A DNA stretch of 64,000 nt from Escherichia coli (GTDB lineage: Bacteria; Pseudomonadota; Gammaproteobacteria; Enterobacterales; Enterobacteriaceae), in the NCBI RefSeq assembly GCF_024223415.1, contig NZ_CP100500.1. One strand, given 5' to 3'. Numbering within the stretch: the first letter of the stretch is position 1; each line of letters begins with the position of its first letter. The notes under the pieces were generated by a model, which worked only from the letters and a program-made list of their open reading frames with translations, had not been told where the DNA came from and did no database searches. Below are positions 12,970 through 25,886 of this stretch, in pieces. Both the position numbers and the translations under genes were made by a program.

Positions 12970-13500
12970 GTGCAGTTTATGAAACATTCATTTGAAGTAA
13001 AACTTGCCGCTGTAAATCATTACCTGGCCGGTCATGCAGGCATCATTTCTACGGCAAAACTCTTTCAACTTTCTCACACCAGCCTCTCACACTGGATTAA
13101 TCTTTTTCTTCTTCACGGTCCTCAGGCACTGGATTGCAGACACAAGCGTAGCTATTCTCCTGAAGATAAACTTTGCGTGGTTCTTTATGCTCTCGGGCAT
13201 TCTGAGTCTCTACCCCGGGTAGCTGCCCGGTTTAACATTCCCAGCCACAACATGGTTAAAAACTGGATAAAAGGCTACCGCAAATCTGGTAATGAGGCCT
13301 TTATCAGGCGCAGGAAGGAGAAAAGCATGACCCGTTCTGATGATACCCATGAAAACGAGGCAAACATGACGCCGGAAGAGATGAAGAATGAGCTGCGTTA
13401 TCTTCGCGCAGAAAATGCATATCTGAAAGCCATGCAGGAGCATCTCCTGGAAAAAAAGCGCCAGGAGCTGGAGAAAAAACGAAAGTCATCCAGAGCCTGA
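12970..13500 (+). CDS. IS3-family transposase OrfA (HTH / leucine-zipper part)
   Basis: 176-aa ORF inside the IS, N-terminal HTH, C-terminal coiled-coil (LRYLRAENAYLKAMQEHLLEKK). Confidence 0.8.
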   Translation: MQFMKHSFEVKLAAVNHYLAGHAGIISTAKLFQLSHTSLSHWINLFLLHGPQALDCRHKRSYSPEDKLCVVLYALGHSESLPRVAARFNIPSHNMVKNWIKGYRKSGNEAFIRRRKEKSMTRSDDTHENEANMTPEEMKNELRYLRAENAYLKAMQEHLLEKKRQELEKKRKSSRA

Positions 13501-13604
13501 AGTGCGGACACTGCCAGTCTGACCTGTTAAAGGCTGCAGGGCTGGCCAGAAGCACGCTGTACTACCAGCTGTCACTGCAGAAGGCTAAGGACAAGTATGC
13601 TGAT

Positions 13605-14359
<755 letters not shown>

Positions 14360-14452
14360 GTCAGCGTCGCATCAGGCAACCGGCTCGGGCGTTAGATGTC
14401 GGATGCGGCGTGACCGCTTTATCCAACCTACGGGGTGCCGCACTTCACGGCA
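14360..14452. repeat. REP unit, right flank of the IS insertion
   Basis: gtcagcgtcgcatcaggcaaccggctcgggcgttagatgtcggatgcggcg... continues the interrupted REP. Confidence 0.55.
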
Positions 14453-14454
14453 GT

Positions 14455-14943
14455 TTAGCGAACTACCGCGTTGTCAATTTTCTCTTCCGCCTTCCAGACG
14501 CGGTACTTCACATCTACATTGTCTGGCGTATACACCACGATCGGCAGCTTGCTGTTGTAACGCAGCATTCCAGCATCGCCCAGATACGCGGTGACAAATT
14601 TCTTCTCTTTCTTGCCATCCGGGCAGGCCATCATCGTGGAAACCGGCGAGCTAACTTTATCAAAGACATAATAATCATAGCCCCAGCCTTCCAGCGTTTT
14701 GCTTTCCAGCTTCCCGCCGAGACGATGCAAATTGCAATCGACTTCCAGCGTCTGACCGATTAACAGTTCTACTTTCAGGGTAGATTCATCTTCTTGCGGG
14801 GTTAACTGAATCACCTGACGCTTCATGCCTTTTTCAGCTTGTGGATAAGGCGCGATTTTTTCCAGTGGCTGGACGCTCTCTGCCGCCCAGGCGGAAGTGG
14901 TGGCGAAAGCGGCAAACAATACTGCAGGTAGAATGGTCTTCAT
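14455..14943 (-). CDS. eco: Ecotin (periplasmic serine protease inhibitor)
   Basis: 162-aa ORF with signal peptide [20 protein letters not shown]; sequence recognisable as ecotin. Confidence 0.9.
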
Positions 14944-15349
14944 TTTTTGCTTTCCTTCTTCATTTATAGGTTTGCACCGATGATGTCGCTGAAGGTTAAC
15001 ATATTCATCAGATTTATTAATTTGCTTTATGAATAACTTAAAGAATATTCAGACAATTTTACCTGCTCTTTTAGTGTTAAATTCTGATGAGAGAGCAAAC
15101 CAGCAGAAATATCTCTGGTGAATTAATCGCTATATAAATATATTTATAACCATTTGAAATGTGAGCAAAAGCCCGTTTTTGCCACGCTTCCCGCCACTCT
15201 TTTGATCCTGCTACAGGTTTTACCTCGATCGGGGTATGCATCTTTGACACATCCTTTAATATCTTAGCGGCTATAAAAATGGCTTATTAATTATGCGGTT
15301 TATTTGGTCGCTCTCAATTTTCAGAGCGCGTTAATGATGGAAGGTCAAT
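14944..15349. promoter_or_regulatory. eco/napF divergent intergenic region (nap operon promoter expected)
   Basis: ~400-bp AT-rich region upstream of napF; regulator sites expected from known nap regulation but not mapped. Confidence 0.4.
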
Positions 15350-15844
15350 GTGAAGATTGATGCATCCCGTCGGGGCATACTCACTGGTCGCTGGCGCAAA
15401 GCCAGTAACGGTATCCGTCCGCCCTGGTCCGGTGATGAATCTCATTTTCTGACCCATTGCACCCGCTGCGACGCCTGTATTAATGCTTGTGAAAACAACA
15501 TCCTGCAACGCGGCGCGGGCGGCTATCCGAGCGTTAATTTCAAAAATAACGAGTGCAGCTTCTGTTACGCCTGCGCGCAGGCTTGCCCCGAATCGCTATT
15601 TTCTCCGCGCCACACCAGGGCCTGGGATTTGCAGTTCACCATTGGGGACGCGTGCCTGGCGTATCAGTCAGTTGAATGCCGCCGCTGTCAGGATAGCTGT
15701 GAGCCAATGGCAATTATCTTTCGCCCGACGCTCTCCGGGATCTACCAGCCGCAACTTAATAGCCAACTTTGCAACGGATGTGGAGCATGTGCAGCCAGCT
15801 GTCCGGTATCAGCCATAACTGCGGAGTATCTCCATGCACACTAA
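15350..15844 (+). CDS. napF: Ferredoxin-type protein NapF
   Basis: 164 aa, multiple CxxCxxCxxxCP 4Fe-4S motifs. Confidence 0.9.
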   Translation: MKIDASRRGILTGRWRKASNGIRPPWSGDESHFLTHCTRCDACINACENNILQRGAGGYPSVNFKNNECSFCYACAQACPESLFSPRHTRAWDLQFTIGDACLAYQSVECRRCQDSCEPMAIIFRPTLSGIYQPQLNSQLCNGCGACAASCPVSAITAEYLHAH

Positions 15845-16097
15845 CTGGCAAGTTTGCAGCCTGGTCGTGCAGGCCAAAAGCGAACGAATTTCAGACATCA
15901 GCACCCAACTGAACGCCTTTCCCGGCTGTGAAGTTGCTGTCAGCGACGCGCCGAGCGGTCAGTTGATTGTGGTGGTGGAAGCAGAAGACAGCGAAACGCT
16001 GATCCAAACCATTGAGTCAGTACGCAACGTAGAGGGCGTGCTGGCGGTGTCGCTGGTTTATCACCAGCAGGAAGAGCAAGGTGAGGAAACACCATGA
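15834..16097 (+). CDS. napD: NapA chaperone NapD
   Basis: 87 aa, overlaps napF end and napA start. Confidence 0.9.
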   Translation: MHTNWQVCSLVVQAKSERISDISTQLNAFPGCEVAVSDAPSGQLIVVVEAEDSETLIQTIESVRNVEGVLAVSLVYHQQEEQGEETP

Positions 16098-18580
16098 AAC
16101 TCAGTCGTCGTAGCTTTATGAAAGCTAACGCCGTTGCGGCCGCTGCGGCGGCTGCCGGTCTCAGCGTGCCGGGCGTTGCCCGCGCCGTTGTTGGTCAGCA
16201 GGAAGCCATTAAATGGGACAAAGCGCCGTGCCGTTTCTGCGGTACTGGTTGCGGCGTTCTGGTCGGAACGCAGCAGGGGCGTGTGGTGGCCTGTCAGGGC
16301 GACCCGGACGCACCGGTTAACCGTGGCCTGAACTGCATTAAGGGCTATTTCCTGCCCAAGATCATGTACGGTAAAGACCGTTTGACGCAGCCGCTGCTGC
16401 GTATGAAAAACGGTAAATATGACAAAGAAGGCGAATTTACCCCAATCACCTGGGATCAAGCCTTCGATGTGATGGAAGAGAAATTCAAAACCGCCCTGAA
16501 AGAAAAAGGGCCGGAATCGATCGGTATGTTCGGTTCTGGTCAGTGGACTATCTGGGAAGGTTATGCCGCGTCCAAGCTGTTTAAAGCGGGCTTCCGTTCG
16601 AACAACATCGACCCGAACGCGCGTCACTGTATGGCGTCGGCAGTAGTTGGCTTTATGCGTACCTTTGGTATGGATGAGCCGATGGGCTGCTATGACGACA
16701 TCGAGCAGGCTGACGCGTTTGTGCTGTGGGGTGCAAACATGGCGGAGATGCACCCGATCCTCTGGTCACGCATCACTAACCGTCGTCTCTCTAACCAGGA
16801 CGTCACCGTGGCGGTGCTTTCAACCTACCAGCATCGTAGCTTCGAGCTGGCGGATAACGGCATCATCTTTACGCCACAGTCTGACCTGGTGATCCTGAAC
16901 TACATCGCCAATTATATCATTCAAAACAATGCGATAAATCAGGACTTCTTCAGCAAACACGTTAACCTGCGCAAAGGGGCGACGGACATCGGCTACGGTT
17001 TACGTCCGACCCATCCGCTGGAAAAAGCAGCGAAGAATCCGGGTTCTGACGCCTCCGAACCGATGAGCTTTGAAGATTACAAAGCCTTCGTTGCTGAGTA
17101 TACGCTGGAAAAAACCGCTGAAATGACTGGCGTACCAAAAGATCAGCTGGAACAACTGGCGCAGCTGTATGCCGATCCGAACAAGAAAGTCATCTCCTAC
17201 TGGACGATGGGCTTCAACCAGCATACTCGTGGCGTGTGGGCCAACAACCTGGTCTACAACCTGCACCTGCTGACCGGCAAAATTTCCCAGCCGGGTTGCG
17301 GTCCGTTCTCCCTGACCGGGCAGCCTTCCGCGTGTGGTACTGCGCGTGAAGTGGGCACCTTTGCTCACCGTCTGCCTGCGGACATGGTGGTAACTAACGA
17401 GAAACATCGTGATATCTGCGAGAAGAAGTGGAATATCCCGAGCGGCACCATTCCGGCAAAAATCGGTCTGCACGCGGTGGCACAAGACCGTGCGCTGAAA
17501 GACGGCAAGCTGAATGTTTACTGGACCATGTGTACCAACAACATGCAGGCCGGGCCGAACATTAATGAAGAGCGTATGCCGGGCTGGCGCGATCCGCGCA
17601 ACTTCATCATCGTCTCCGATCCGTATCCGACAGTCAGTGCGCTGGCAGCGGACTTGATCCTGCCGACCGCAATGTGGGTAGAGAAAGAGGGCGCTTACGG
17701 TAACGCCGAACGCCGTACTCAGTTCTGGCGTCAGCAGGTACAGGCGCCAGGCGAAGCGAAATCGGACCTCTGGCAGTTAGTCCAGTTCTCCCGCCGCTTC
17801 AAAACTGAAGAAGTATGGCCGGAAGAGCTGCTGGCGAAGAAACCGGAACTGCGTGGCAAAACGCTGTACGAAGTTCTGTATGCCACCCCCGAAGTGAGCA
17901 AATTCCCGGTATCCGAACTGGCGGAAGATCAGCTGAACGATGAATCACGCGAGCTGGGCTTCTATCTGCAAAAAGGGCTGTTCGAAGAGTACGCATGGTT
18001 TGGTCGCGGTCACGGTCACGATCTCGCGCCGTTTGATGACTACCACAAAGCGCGCGGTCTGCGCTGGCCGGTGGTGAACGGTAAAGAAACGCAGTGGCGT
18101 TACAGCGAAGGTAACGACCCGTACGTGAAAGCGGGCGAAGGCTATAAGTTCTACGGTAAACCGGATGGTAAAGCGGTGATCTTCGCGCTGCCGTTCGAAC
18201 CGGCGGCAGAAGCACCGGATGAAGAGTACGACCTGTGGCTCTCTACCGGACGCGTCCTGGAGCACTGGCACACCGGCAGTATGACTCGCCGTGTGCCGGA
18301 ACTGCACCGCGCCTTCCCGGAAGCGGTCCTGTTTATTCACCCGCTGGATGCGAAAGCGCGCGATCTGCGCCGTGGCGACAAAGTGAAAGTGGTTTCTCGC
18401 CGTGGCGAAGTGATCTCGATTGTCGAAACGCGCGGTCGTAACCGTCCGCCGCAGGGCCTGGTGTACATGCCGTTCTTCGACGCCGCACAGCTGGTTAACA
18501 AACTGACGCTGGATGCGACCGATCCGCTCTCGAAAGAGACGGACTTCAAGAAGTGCGCGGTCAAACTGGAGAAGGTGTAA
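16094..18580 (+). CDS. napA: Periplasmic nitrate reductase catalytic subunit NapA
   Basis: 828 aa, Tat signal ([20 protein letters not shown]), N-terminal Cys cluster. Confidence 0.95.
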   Translation: MKLSRRSFMKANAVAAAAAAAGLSVPGVARAVVGQQEAIKWDKAPCRFCGTGCGVLVGTQQGRVVACQGDPDAPVNRGLNCIKGYFLPKIMYGKDRLTQPLLRMKNGKYDKEGEFTPITWDQAFDVMEEKFKTALKEKGPESIGMFGSGQWTIWEGYAASKLFKAGFRSNNIDPNARHCMASAVVGFMRTFGMDEPMGCYDDIEQADAFVLWGANMAEMHPILWSRITNRRLSNQDVTVAVLSTYQHRSFELADNGIIFTPQSDLVILNYIANYIIQNNAINQDFFSKHVNLRKGATDIGYGLRPTHPLEKAAKNPGSDASEPMSFEDYKAFVAEYTLEKTAEMTGVPKDQLEQLAQLYADPNKKVISYWTMGFNQHTRGVWANNLVYNLHLLTGKISQPGCGPFSLTGQPSACGTAREVGTFAHRLPADMVVTNEKHRDICEKKWNIPSGTIPAKIGLHAVAQDRALKDGKLNVYWTMCTNNMQAGPNINEERMPGWRDPRNFIIVSDPYPTVSALAADLILPTAMWVEKEGAYGNAERRTQFWRQQVQAPGEAKSDLWQLVQFSRRFKTEEVWPEELLAKKPELRGKTLYEVLYATPEVSKFPVSELAEDQLNDESRELGFYLQKGLFEEYAWFGRGHGHDLAPFDDYHKARGLRWPVVNGKETQWRYSEGNDPYVKAGEGYKFYGKPDGKAVIFALPFEPAAEAPDEEYDLWLSTGRVLEHWHTGSMTRRVPELHRAFPEAVLFIHPLDAKARDLRRGDKVKVVSRRGEVISIVETRGRNRPPQGLVYMPFFDAAQLVNKLTLDATDPLSKETDFKKCAVKLEKV

Positions 18581-18586
18581 GCCATT

Positions 18587-19282
18587 ATGTCCCGGTCAGC
18601 GAAACCTCAAAATGGCCGCCGCCGCTTTCTGCGCGATGTCGTTCGCACAGCAGGCGGGCTGGCTGCCGTGGGTGTGGCGCTGGGGTTACAACAGCAAACC
18701 GCACGCGCATCTGGCGTGCGGTTGCGCCCGCCCGGAGCCATAAACGAGAACGCCTTTGCCAGTGCCTGTGTGCGTTGCGGTCAGTGTGTTCAGGCTTGCC
18801 CTTACGACACCTTAAAACTGGCGACGCTGGCTTCTGGCCTGTCGGCGGGCACGCCATATTTTGTCGCACGGGATATTCCTTGCGAAATGTGTGAGGACAT
18901 TCCGTGCGCCAAAGTGTGCCCGAGCGGTGCGCTGGATCGTGAGATCGAATCGATCGACGAAGCGCGGATGGGGCTGGCGGTACTGGTGGACCAGGAAAAC
19001 TGTCTCAACTTTCAGGGGCTGCGCTGCGATGTTTGTTATCGCGAATGCCCGAAAATTGATGAGGCCATCACCCTAGAGCTGGAGCGCAACACGCGTACCG
19101 GTAAGCACGCCCGCTTTCTGCCGACGGTTCACAGCGACGCCTGTACCGGCTGCGGTAAGTGCGAAAAAGTGTGCGTGCTGGAACAACCGGCAATCAAGGT
19201 GTTACCGCTGTCACTGGCGAAAGGGGAGTTAGGTCACCATTACCGCTTCGGCTGGCTGGAGGGGAACAATGGCAAATCGTAA
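18587..19282 (+). CDS. napG: Ferredoxin-type protein NapG
   Basis: 231 aa, Tat-like N-terminus, four Fe-S Cys motifs. Confidence 0.9.
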   Translation: MSRSAKPQNGRRRFLRDVVRTAGGLAAVGVALGLQQQTARASGVRLRPPGAINENAFASACVRCGQCVQACPYDTLKLATLASGLSAGTPYFVARDIPCEMCEDIPCAKVCPSGALDREIESIDEARMGLAVLVDQENCLNFQGLRCDVCYRECPKIDEAITLELERNTRTGKHARFLPTVHSDACTGCGKCEKVCVLEQPAIKVLPLSLAKGELGHHYRFGWLEGNNGKS

Positions 19283-20132
19283 ACGTGACGCCGGGCGCGA
19301 GGCGCTGGAGAAAAAAGGCTGGTGGCGCAGTCACCGTTGGCTGGTGTTACGTCGCCTTTGTCAGTTCTTCGTGCTGGGGATGTTTTTTAGCGGTCCGTGG
19401 TTTGGTGTGTGGATCTTGCACGGCAACTACAGCAGTAGCCTGTTATTCGACACCGTTCCGCTGACCGATCCGCTGATGACGCTGCAAAGTCTTGCCAGTG
19501 GTCATCTGCCTGCCACGGTGGCGTTGACCGGTGCGGTGATTATCACCGTGCTCTACGCCCTGGCAGGAAAGCGATTATTTTGCAGCTGGGTCTGCCCGCT
19601 GAACCCGATTACCGACTTAGCGAACTGGTTACGCAGGCGCTTTGACCTCAATCAGTCTGCGACGATCCCTCGCCACATTCGCTACGTGCTGTTGGTGGTC
19701 ATTCTGGTGGGATCAGCCTTAACTGGCACGCTCATCTGGGAATGGATCAACCCCGTTTCCCTGATGGGGCGTAGCCTGGTAATGGGCTTCGGCAGCGGCG
19801 CGCTGCTTATTCTCGCGCTGTTTTTATTTGATCTACTGGTCGTTGAACACGGCTGGTGCGGGCACATTTGTCCGGTTGGCGCGCTGTATGGCGTGCTGGG
19901 TAGCAAAGGTGTGATTACCGTTGCGGCCAGCGATCGGCAGAAATGTAACCGCTGTATGGATTGTTTTCATGTTTGCCCGGAACCGCATGTGCTACGTGCC
20001 CCGGTGCTGGATGAACAAAGCCCGGTGCAGGTCACCAGCCGCGATTGCATGACGTGCGGTCGCTGCGTGGATGTCTGTTCTGAGGATGTATTTACAATAA
20101 CTACACGATGGAGTTCGGGAGCGAAATCATGA
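19269..20132 (+). CDS. napH: Membrane ferredoxin-type protein NapH
   Basis: 287 aa, TM segments plus C-terminal Cys clusters. Confidence 0.9.
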   Translation: MANRKRDAGREALEKKGWWRSHRWLVLRRLCQFFVLGMFFSGPWFGVWILHGNYSSSLLFDTVPLTDPLMTLQSLASGHLPATVALTGAVIITVLYALAGKRLFCSWVCPLNPITDLANWLRRRFDLNQSATIPRHIRYVLLVVILVGSALTGTLIWEWINPVSLMGRSLVMGFGSGALLILALFLFDLLVVEHGWCGHICPVGALYGVLGSKGVITVAASDRQKCNRCMDCFHVCPEPHVLRAPVLDEQSPVQVTSRDCMTCGRCVDVCSEDVFTITTRWSSGAKS

Positions 20133-20578
20133 AAAGCCATGACCTGAAGAAAGCGCTGTGTCAATGGACGGCGATGCTGGCCCTGGTGGTAAGCGGCGCG
20201 GTTTGGGCGGCTAATGGCGTCGATTTTAGCCAGTCGCCGGAAGTATCCGGGACGCAGGAAGGGGCCATTCGGATGCCAAAAGAGCAGGATCGGATGCCGC
20301 TGAACTATGTGAATCAGCCGCCAATGATCCCGCATAGCGTTGAAGGTTATCAGGTAACGACCAATACCAACCGCTGCTTGCAGTGCCACGGTGTCGAAAG
20401 CTATCGCACCACTGGCGCGCCGCGTATCAGTCCTACTCACTTTATGGACAGCGACGGCAAAGTGGGCGCGGAAGTGGCTCCGCGTCGTTATTTCTGTCTG
20501 CAATGTCACGTACCGCAGGCCGATACCGCGCCAATCGTGGGGAATACCTTTACCCCATCAAAAGGTTACGGGAAATAA
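20129..20578 (+). CDS. napB: Dihaem cytochrome c NapB
   Basis: ORF 20108-20578; likely start MKSHDLKK (149 aa); two CxxCH motifs. Confidence 0.85.
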   Translation: MKSHDLKKALCQWTAMLALVVSGAVWAANGVDFSQSPEVSGTQEGAIRMPKEQDRMPLNYVNQPPMIPHSVEGYQVTTNTNRCLQCHGVESYRTTGAPRISPTHFMDSDGKVGAEVAPRRYFCLQCHVPQADTAPIVGNTFTPSKGYGK

Positions 20579-20587
20579 GAGGTTATT

Positions 20588-21190
20588 ATGGGAAATTCTG
20601 ACCGTAAGCCTGGTCTGATTAAGCGCCTGTGGAAATGGTGGCGTACCCCCAGCCGTCTGGCGCTGGGGACGCTGCTGTTGATCGGTTTTGTCGGCGGCAT
20701 CGTCTTCTGGGGCGGCTTTAACACCGGGATGGAAAAAGCCAATACCGAAGAGTTCTGCATTAGCTGCCACGAAATGCGTAACACGGTGTATCAGGAATAC
20801 ATGGATTCCGTGCACTACAACAACCGTAGCGGCGTCCGTGCGACCTGTCCGGATTGTCACGTTCCGCACGAGTTTGTGCCGAAGATGATACGCAAGCTCA
20901 AAGCAAGTAAAGAGCTGTATGGTAAAATTTTTGGCGTTATTGACACGCCGCAGAAATTTGAAGCTCATCGTCTGACGATGGCACAGAATGAGTGGCGGCG
21001 CATGAAGGACAATAACTCGCAGGAGTGCCGTAACTGTCACAACTTCGAGTATATGGATACAACCGCCCAGAAATCGGTTGCCGCGAAGATGCATGACCAG
21101 GCGGTGAAAGATGGGCAAACCTGTATTGATTGCCATAAAGGGATAGCGCACAAGCTGCCCGATATGCGTGAAGTCGAGCCAGGTTTTTAA
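20588..21190 (+). CDS. napC: Tetrahaem cytochrome c NapC
   Basis: 200 aa, N-terminal TM anchor, four CxxCH motifs. Confidence 0.9.
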   Translation: MGNSDRKPGLIKRLWKWWRTPSRLALGTLLLIGFVGGIVFWGGFNTGMEKANTEEFCISCHEMRNTVYQEYMDSVHYNNRSGVRATCPDCHVPHEFVPKMIRKLKASKELYGKIFGVIDTPQKFEAHRLTMAQNEWRRMKDNNSQECRNCHNFEYMDTTAQKSVAAKMHDQAVKDGQTCIDCHKGIAHKLPDMREVEPGF

Positions 21191-21202
21191 CAGGGTTATT
21201 GC

Positions 21203-21826
21203 GTGGGTATGCTTGAAGTCAGAGAGTTACTTTGTGAGCGGGATGAACGAACCTTATTTAGTGGCTTGTCATTTACGCTGAACGCAGGAGAGTGGGTACA
21301 AATCACCGGTAGCAACGGCGCGGGGAAGACAACGCTTCTCCGTTTGCTGACGGGGTTGTCTCGCCCTGACGCAGGCGAGGTTCTCTGGCAAGGGCAGCCC
21401 TTGCATCAGGTACGCGACAGCTACCATCAAAACCTGTTATGGATAGGCCATCAGCCGGGGATCAAAACCCGGCTGACGGCGTTAGAAAATCTGCACTTTT
21501 ATCATCGCGATGGCGATACCGCACAATGTCTGGAAGCCCTGGCGCAGGCCGGGCTTGCCGGATTCGAAGATATTCCGGTAAATCAACTTTCTGCCGGGCA
21601 ACAACGCCGCGTCGCTTTAGCGCGTCTGTGGCTGACCCGTGCCACGTTATGGATCCTCGACGAGCCTTTTACCGCGATTGACGTCAACGGCGTCGATCGT
21701 CTGACCCAGCGTATGGCGCAGCATACGGAGCAGGGGGGGATTGTGATTCTGACTACCCACCAGCCGCTCAACGTTGCTGAAAGTAAAATTCGCCGCATTT
21801 CACTGACGCAAACGAGGGCTGCATGA
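21203..21826 (+). CDS. ccmA: Haem exporter ATPase CcmA
   Basis: 207 aa, Walker [13 protein letters not shown] signature. Confidence 0.9.
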   Translation: MGMLEVRELLCERDERTLFSGLSFTLNAGEWVQITGSNGAGKTTLLRLLTGLSRPDAGEVLWQGQPLHQVRDSYHQNLLWIGHQPGIKTRLTALENLHFYHRDGDTAQCLEALAQAGLAGFEDIPVNQLSAGQQRRVALARLWLTRATLWILDEPFTAIDVNGVDRLTQRMAQHTEQGGIVILTTHQPLNVAESKIRRISLTQTRAA

Positions 21827-22485
21827 TGTTCTGGCGCATTTTCCGTCTTGAGCTGCGCGTAGCGTTTCGCCATAGCGCCGAAATCGCCAACCCGCTGTGG
21901 TTCTTCCTGATTGTAATTACCCTTTTTCCGCTCAGTATCGGTCCGGAGCCGCAACTGCTGGCGCGTATTGCACCGGGCATTATCTGGGTTGCTGCGCTGC
22001 TTTCATCCTTGCTGGCGCTGGAACGACTGTTCCGTGACGATTTGCAGGACGGCAGTCTTGAACAATTGATGTTGTTGCCGTTACCCTTGCCCGCCGTTGT
22101 GCTGGCGAAGGTGATGGCGCACTGGATGGTAACCGGTCTGCCGTTACTCATCCTTTCGCCCCTGGTAGCAATGCTACTGGGAATGGATGTTTATGGCTGG
22201 CAAGTGATGGCGTTAACGCTACTGCTGGGAACGCCTACGCTTGGCTTTCTTGGTGCACCGGGCGTGGCGCTGACAGTGGGACTTAAGCGCGGTGGTGTGC
22301 TGCTCAGCATACTGGTGTTACCGCTGACTATCCCATTACTCATCTTTGCCACCGCCGCGATGGACGCGGCTTCTATGCATTTGCCCGTTGACGGGTATCT
22401 GGCAATTTTAGGCGCGTTGCTGGCAGGCACCGCGACATTAAGTCCTTTTGCGACGGCGGCAGCGTTACGAATCAGCATTCAATAA
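21823..22485 (+). CDS. ccmB: Haem exporter permease CcmB
   Basis: 220 aa, polytopic membrane protein, overlaps ccmA stop. Confidence 0.9.
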
Positions 22486-22526
22486 CGCTGGATTACTGAT
22501 TTTTGTTCGAGTCTGGTATCGAAACT

Positions 22527-23264
22527 ATGTGGAAAACACTGCATCAACTGGCGATCCCACCACGGCTGTATCAAATCTGTGGCTGGTTTATACCGTGGCT
22601 GGCAATTGCCAGTGTGGTCGTGCTTACCGTCGGCTGGATCTGGGGATTCGGCTTTGCTCCGGCTGATTATCAACAGGGAAATAGCTACCGCATTATTTAC
22701 CTGCATGTGCCTGCGGCGATCTGGTCGATGGGCATTTATGCATCAATGGCGGTGGCGGCGTTTATTGGCCTTGTCTGGCAGATGAAAATGGCCAACCTGG
22801 CGGTGGCGGCGATGGCCCCCATTGGTGCCGTGTTTACCTTTATTGCCCTGGTTACCGGCTCTGCATGGGGAAAACCGATGTGGGGCACCTGGTGGGTATG
22901 GGATGCACGTCTGACTTCTGAACTGGTGCTGCTGTTTTTGTATGTGGGTGTGATTGCCCTGTGGCACGCCTTCGACGACCGCCGTCTGGCGGGCCGTGCG
23001 GCAGGTATCCTGGTGCTGATTGGCGTGGTGAATCTGCCGATTATTCATTACTCCGTGGAGTGGTGGAACACCCTGCATCAGGGATCAACGCGGATGCAGC
23101 AAAGTATCGATCCGGCGATGCGTTCGCCGCTGCGCTGGTCGATTTTTGGCTTCCTGCTCCTGTCTGCCACGCTGACGCTGATGCGGATGCGTAATTTGAT
23201 TTTGCTGATGGAAAAACGCCGTCCGTGGGTGAGTGAACTGATACTGAAAAGAGGCCGTAAATGA
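22527..23264 (+). CDS. ccmC: Haem exporter CcmC
   Basis: ORF 22503-23264; likely start MWKTLHQLA (245 aa); WGxxWxWD motif. Confidence 0.85.
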   Translation: MWKTLHQLAIPPRLYQICGWFIPWLAIASVVVLTVGWIWGFGFAPADYQQGNSYRIIYLHVPAAIWSMGIYASMAVAAFIGLVWQMKMANLAVAAMAPIGAVFTFIALVTGSAWGKPMWGTWWVWDARLTSELVLLFLYVGVIALWHAFDDRRLAGRAAGILVLIGVVNLPIIHYSVEWWNTLHQGSTRMQQSIDPAMRSPLRWSIFGFLLLSATLTLMRMRNLILLMEKRRPWVSELILKRGRK

Positions 23265-23470
23265 CCCCTGCATTTGCTTCCTGGAATGAATTTTTCGCAA
23301 TGGGCGGTTACGCCTTTTTTGTCTGGCTGGCGGTGGTGATGACCGTTATTCCGCTGGTGGTTTTGGTCGTGCACTCGGTGATGCAGCATCGCGCAATTCT
23401 GCGTGGTGTGGCGCAACAGCGGGCGCGTGAGGCGCGTTTACGTGCTGCGCAACAGCAGGAGGCTGCATGA
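23261..23470 (+). CDS. ccmD: CcmD
   Basis: 69-aa single-TM protein with overlapping start/stop codons to neighbours. Confidence 0.85.
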
Positions 23471-23946
23471 ATATTCGCCGTAAAAACCGCTTGTGGATTG
23501 CCTGTGCCGTGTTGGCAGGGCTGGCGCTGACTATCGGTCTGGTGCTATATGCGCTGCGCTCGAATATCGATCTCTTTTATACGCCGGGGGAAATTCTCTA
23601 CGGCAAGCGTGAAACTCAGCAGATGCCGGAAGTCGGTCAGCGTCTGCGCGTTGGCGGGATGGTGATGCCGGGTAGCGTGCAGCGCGATCCCAATTCGCTG
23701 AAAGTGACCTTCACCATTTACGATGCTGAAGGCTCAGTGGATGTCTCTTACGAAGGCATTTTGCCGGATCTGTTCCGTGAAGGGCAGGGCGTTGTGGTGC
23801 AGGGCGAGCTGGAAAAAGGCAATCATATCCTCGCAAAAGAAGTGCTGGCGAAACATGATGAAAATTATACGCCGCCAGAAGTTGAGAAAGCGATGGAAGC
23901 TAACCATCGTCGCCCGGCGAGTGTTTATAAGGACCCAGCATCATGA
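23467..23946 (+). CDS. ccmE: Haem chaperone CcmE
   Basis: 159 aa, N-terminal anchor, OB-fold region. Confidence 0.9.
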
Positions 23947-25886
23947 TGCCGGAAATTGGAAACGGGCTGCTGTGCCTGGCGTTAGGGATTGCGCTGCTGC
24001 TGTCCGTGTATCCGCTATGGGGCGTGGCGCGCGGAGATGCGCGCATGATGGCGTCTTCCCGCTTGTTTGCCTGGCTGCTGTTTATGTCTGTGGCTGGCGC
24101 ATTTCTGGTGCTGGTCAATGCTTTCGTGGTCAACAACTTTACCGTCACCTATGTTGCCAGCAACTCCAATACCCAGCTTCCGGTGTGGTATCGCGTGGCG
24201 GCTACCTGGGGCGCGCATGAAGGTTCGCTTCTGCTGTGGGTGCTGCTGATGAGCGGCTGGACCTTTGCGGTGGCGATTTTTAGTCAGCGTATTCCGCTGG
24301 ATATTGTGGCCCGTGTACTGGCGATAATGGGGATGGTCAGCGTCGGCTTTTTGCTGTTCATTCTCTTTACCTCTAACCCGTTCTCACGCACGCTGCCGAA
24401 CTTCCCGATTGAAGGGCGCGATCTTAACCCGCTGTTACAGGATCCGGGGCTGATCTTCCATCCGCCTCTGCTCTATATGGGGTACGTGGGTTTCTCGGTG
24501 GCGTTTGCTTTTGCCATTGCTTCTTTGTTGAGCGGGCGTCTGGACAGCACTTATGCGCGTTTTACTCGTCCGTGGACACTGGCAGCGTGGATCTTTCTGA
24601 CGCTCGGCATTGTGCTCGGTTCCGCATGGGCCTATTACGAACTCGGCTGGGGCGGCTGGTGGTTCTGGGATCCGGTAGAAAACGCCTCATTTATGCCGTG
24701 GTTGGTGGGGACTGCGCTGATGCACTCACTGGCGGTCACTGAACAACGCGCCAGCTTCAAAGCGTGGACATTACTGCTGGCAATCAGTGCCTTCTCGTTG
24801 TGTCTGTTGGGGACTTTCCTCGTGCGTTCCGGCGTGCTGGTATCGGTACACGCGTTTGCGTCTGATCCGGCGCGCGGTATGTTTATCCTCGCCTTTATGG
24901 TGCTGGTGATTGGCGGTTCGCTGCTGCTGTTTGCCGCGCGTGGACACAAAGTTCGCTCACGCGTAAACAATGCGCTGTGGTCGCGGGAATCTCTGCTGTT
25001 AGCGAACAACGTTTTGCTGGTCGCCGCGATGCTGGTGGTGTTGCTGGGGACGCTGCTGCCGCTGGTGCACAAGCAACTGGGACTAGGCAGTATTTCGATT
25101 GGCGAACCGTTCTTCAACACCATGTTTACCTGGCTGATGGTGCCGTTTGCGCTACTGCTGGGTGTCGGTCCTCTGGTGCGCTGGGGGCGCGATCGCCCAC
25201 GTAAAATCCGCAATTTATTGATTATCGCCTTCATCTCTACGCTGGTGCTGTCTCTGCTGTTGCCGTGGCTGTTCGAAAGCAAAGTTGTGGCGATGACGGT
25301 GCTCGGCCTGGCAATGGCCTGCTGGATTGCGGTGCTGGCAATTGCGGAAGCTGCGCTACGTATTTCACGCGGCACGAAAACCACCTTCAGTTATTGGGGG
25401 ATGGTGGCGGCTCACCTGGGGCTGGCAGTGACAATTGTTGGCATTGCCTTTAGCCAGAATTATAGCGTTGAGCGTGATGTGCGCATGAAGTCCGGCGATA
25501 GCGTCGATATTCATGAATATCGCTTCACCTTCCGTGATGTCAAAGAGGTGACTGGCCCGAACTGGCGTGGCGGTGTGGCGACTATCGGCGTAACGCGAGA
25601 GGGTAAACCGGAAACGGTGCTGTATGCGGAAAAACGTTATTACAACACTGCCGGGTCGATGATGACCGAAGCGGCGATTGACGGCGGCATCACCCGTGAC
25701 CTGTACGCCGCGCTCGGTGAAGAACTGGAAAACGGTGCCTGGGCTGTTCGTCTCTACTACAAACCTTTTGTTCGCTGGATCTGGGCGGGCGGGCTGATGA
25801 TGGCGCTGGGCGGGCTGCTGTGCCTGTTTGATCCTCGCTATCGTAAGCGCGTGAGCCCGCCAAAAACTGCGCCGGAGGCTGTATGA
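23943..25886 (+). CDS. ccmF: Cytochrome c haem lyase subunit CcmF
   Basis: 647 aa polytopic membrane protein with the [12 protein letters not shown] motif. Confidence 0.9.

Noticed and set aside
16061-16753. 230-aa minus-strand ORF antisense to napA
   Set aside because: It lies entirely within the well-supported napA coding region on the opposite strand; typical antisense open frame in GC-rich coding DNA.
20558-21151. 197-aa minus-strand ORF antisense to napC
   Set aside because: Fully overlaps napC, whose haem-binding motifs clearly identify the real gene on the plus strand.
24635-25384. 249-aa minus-strand ORF antisense to ccmF
   Set aside because: Embedded in ccmF on the opposite strand; composition dominated by Ser/Ala/Arg typical of antisense frames.
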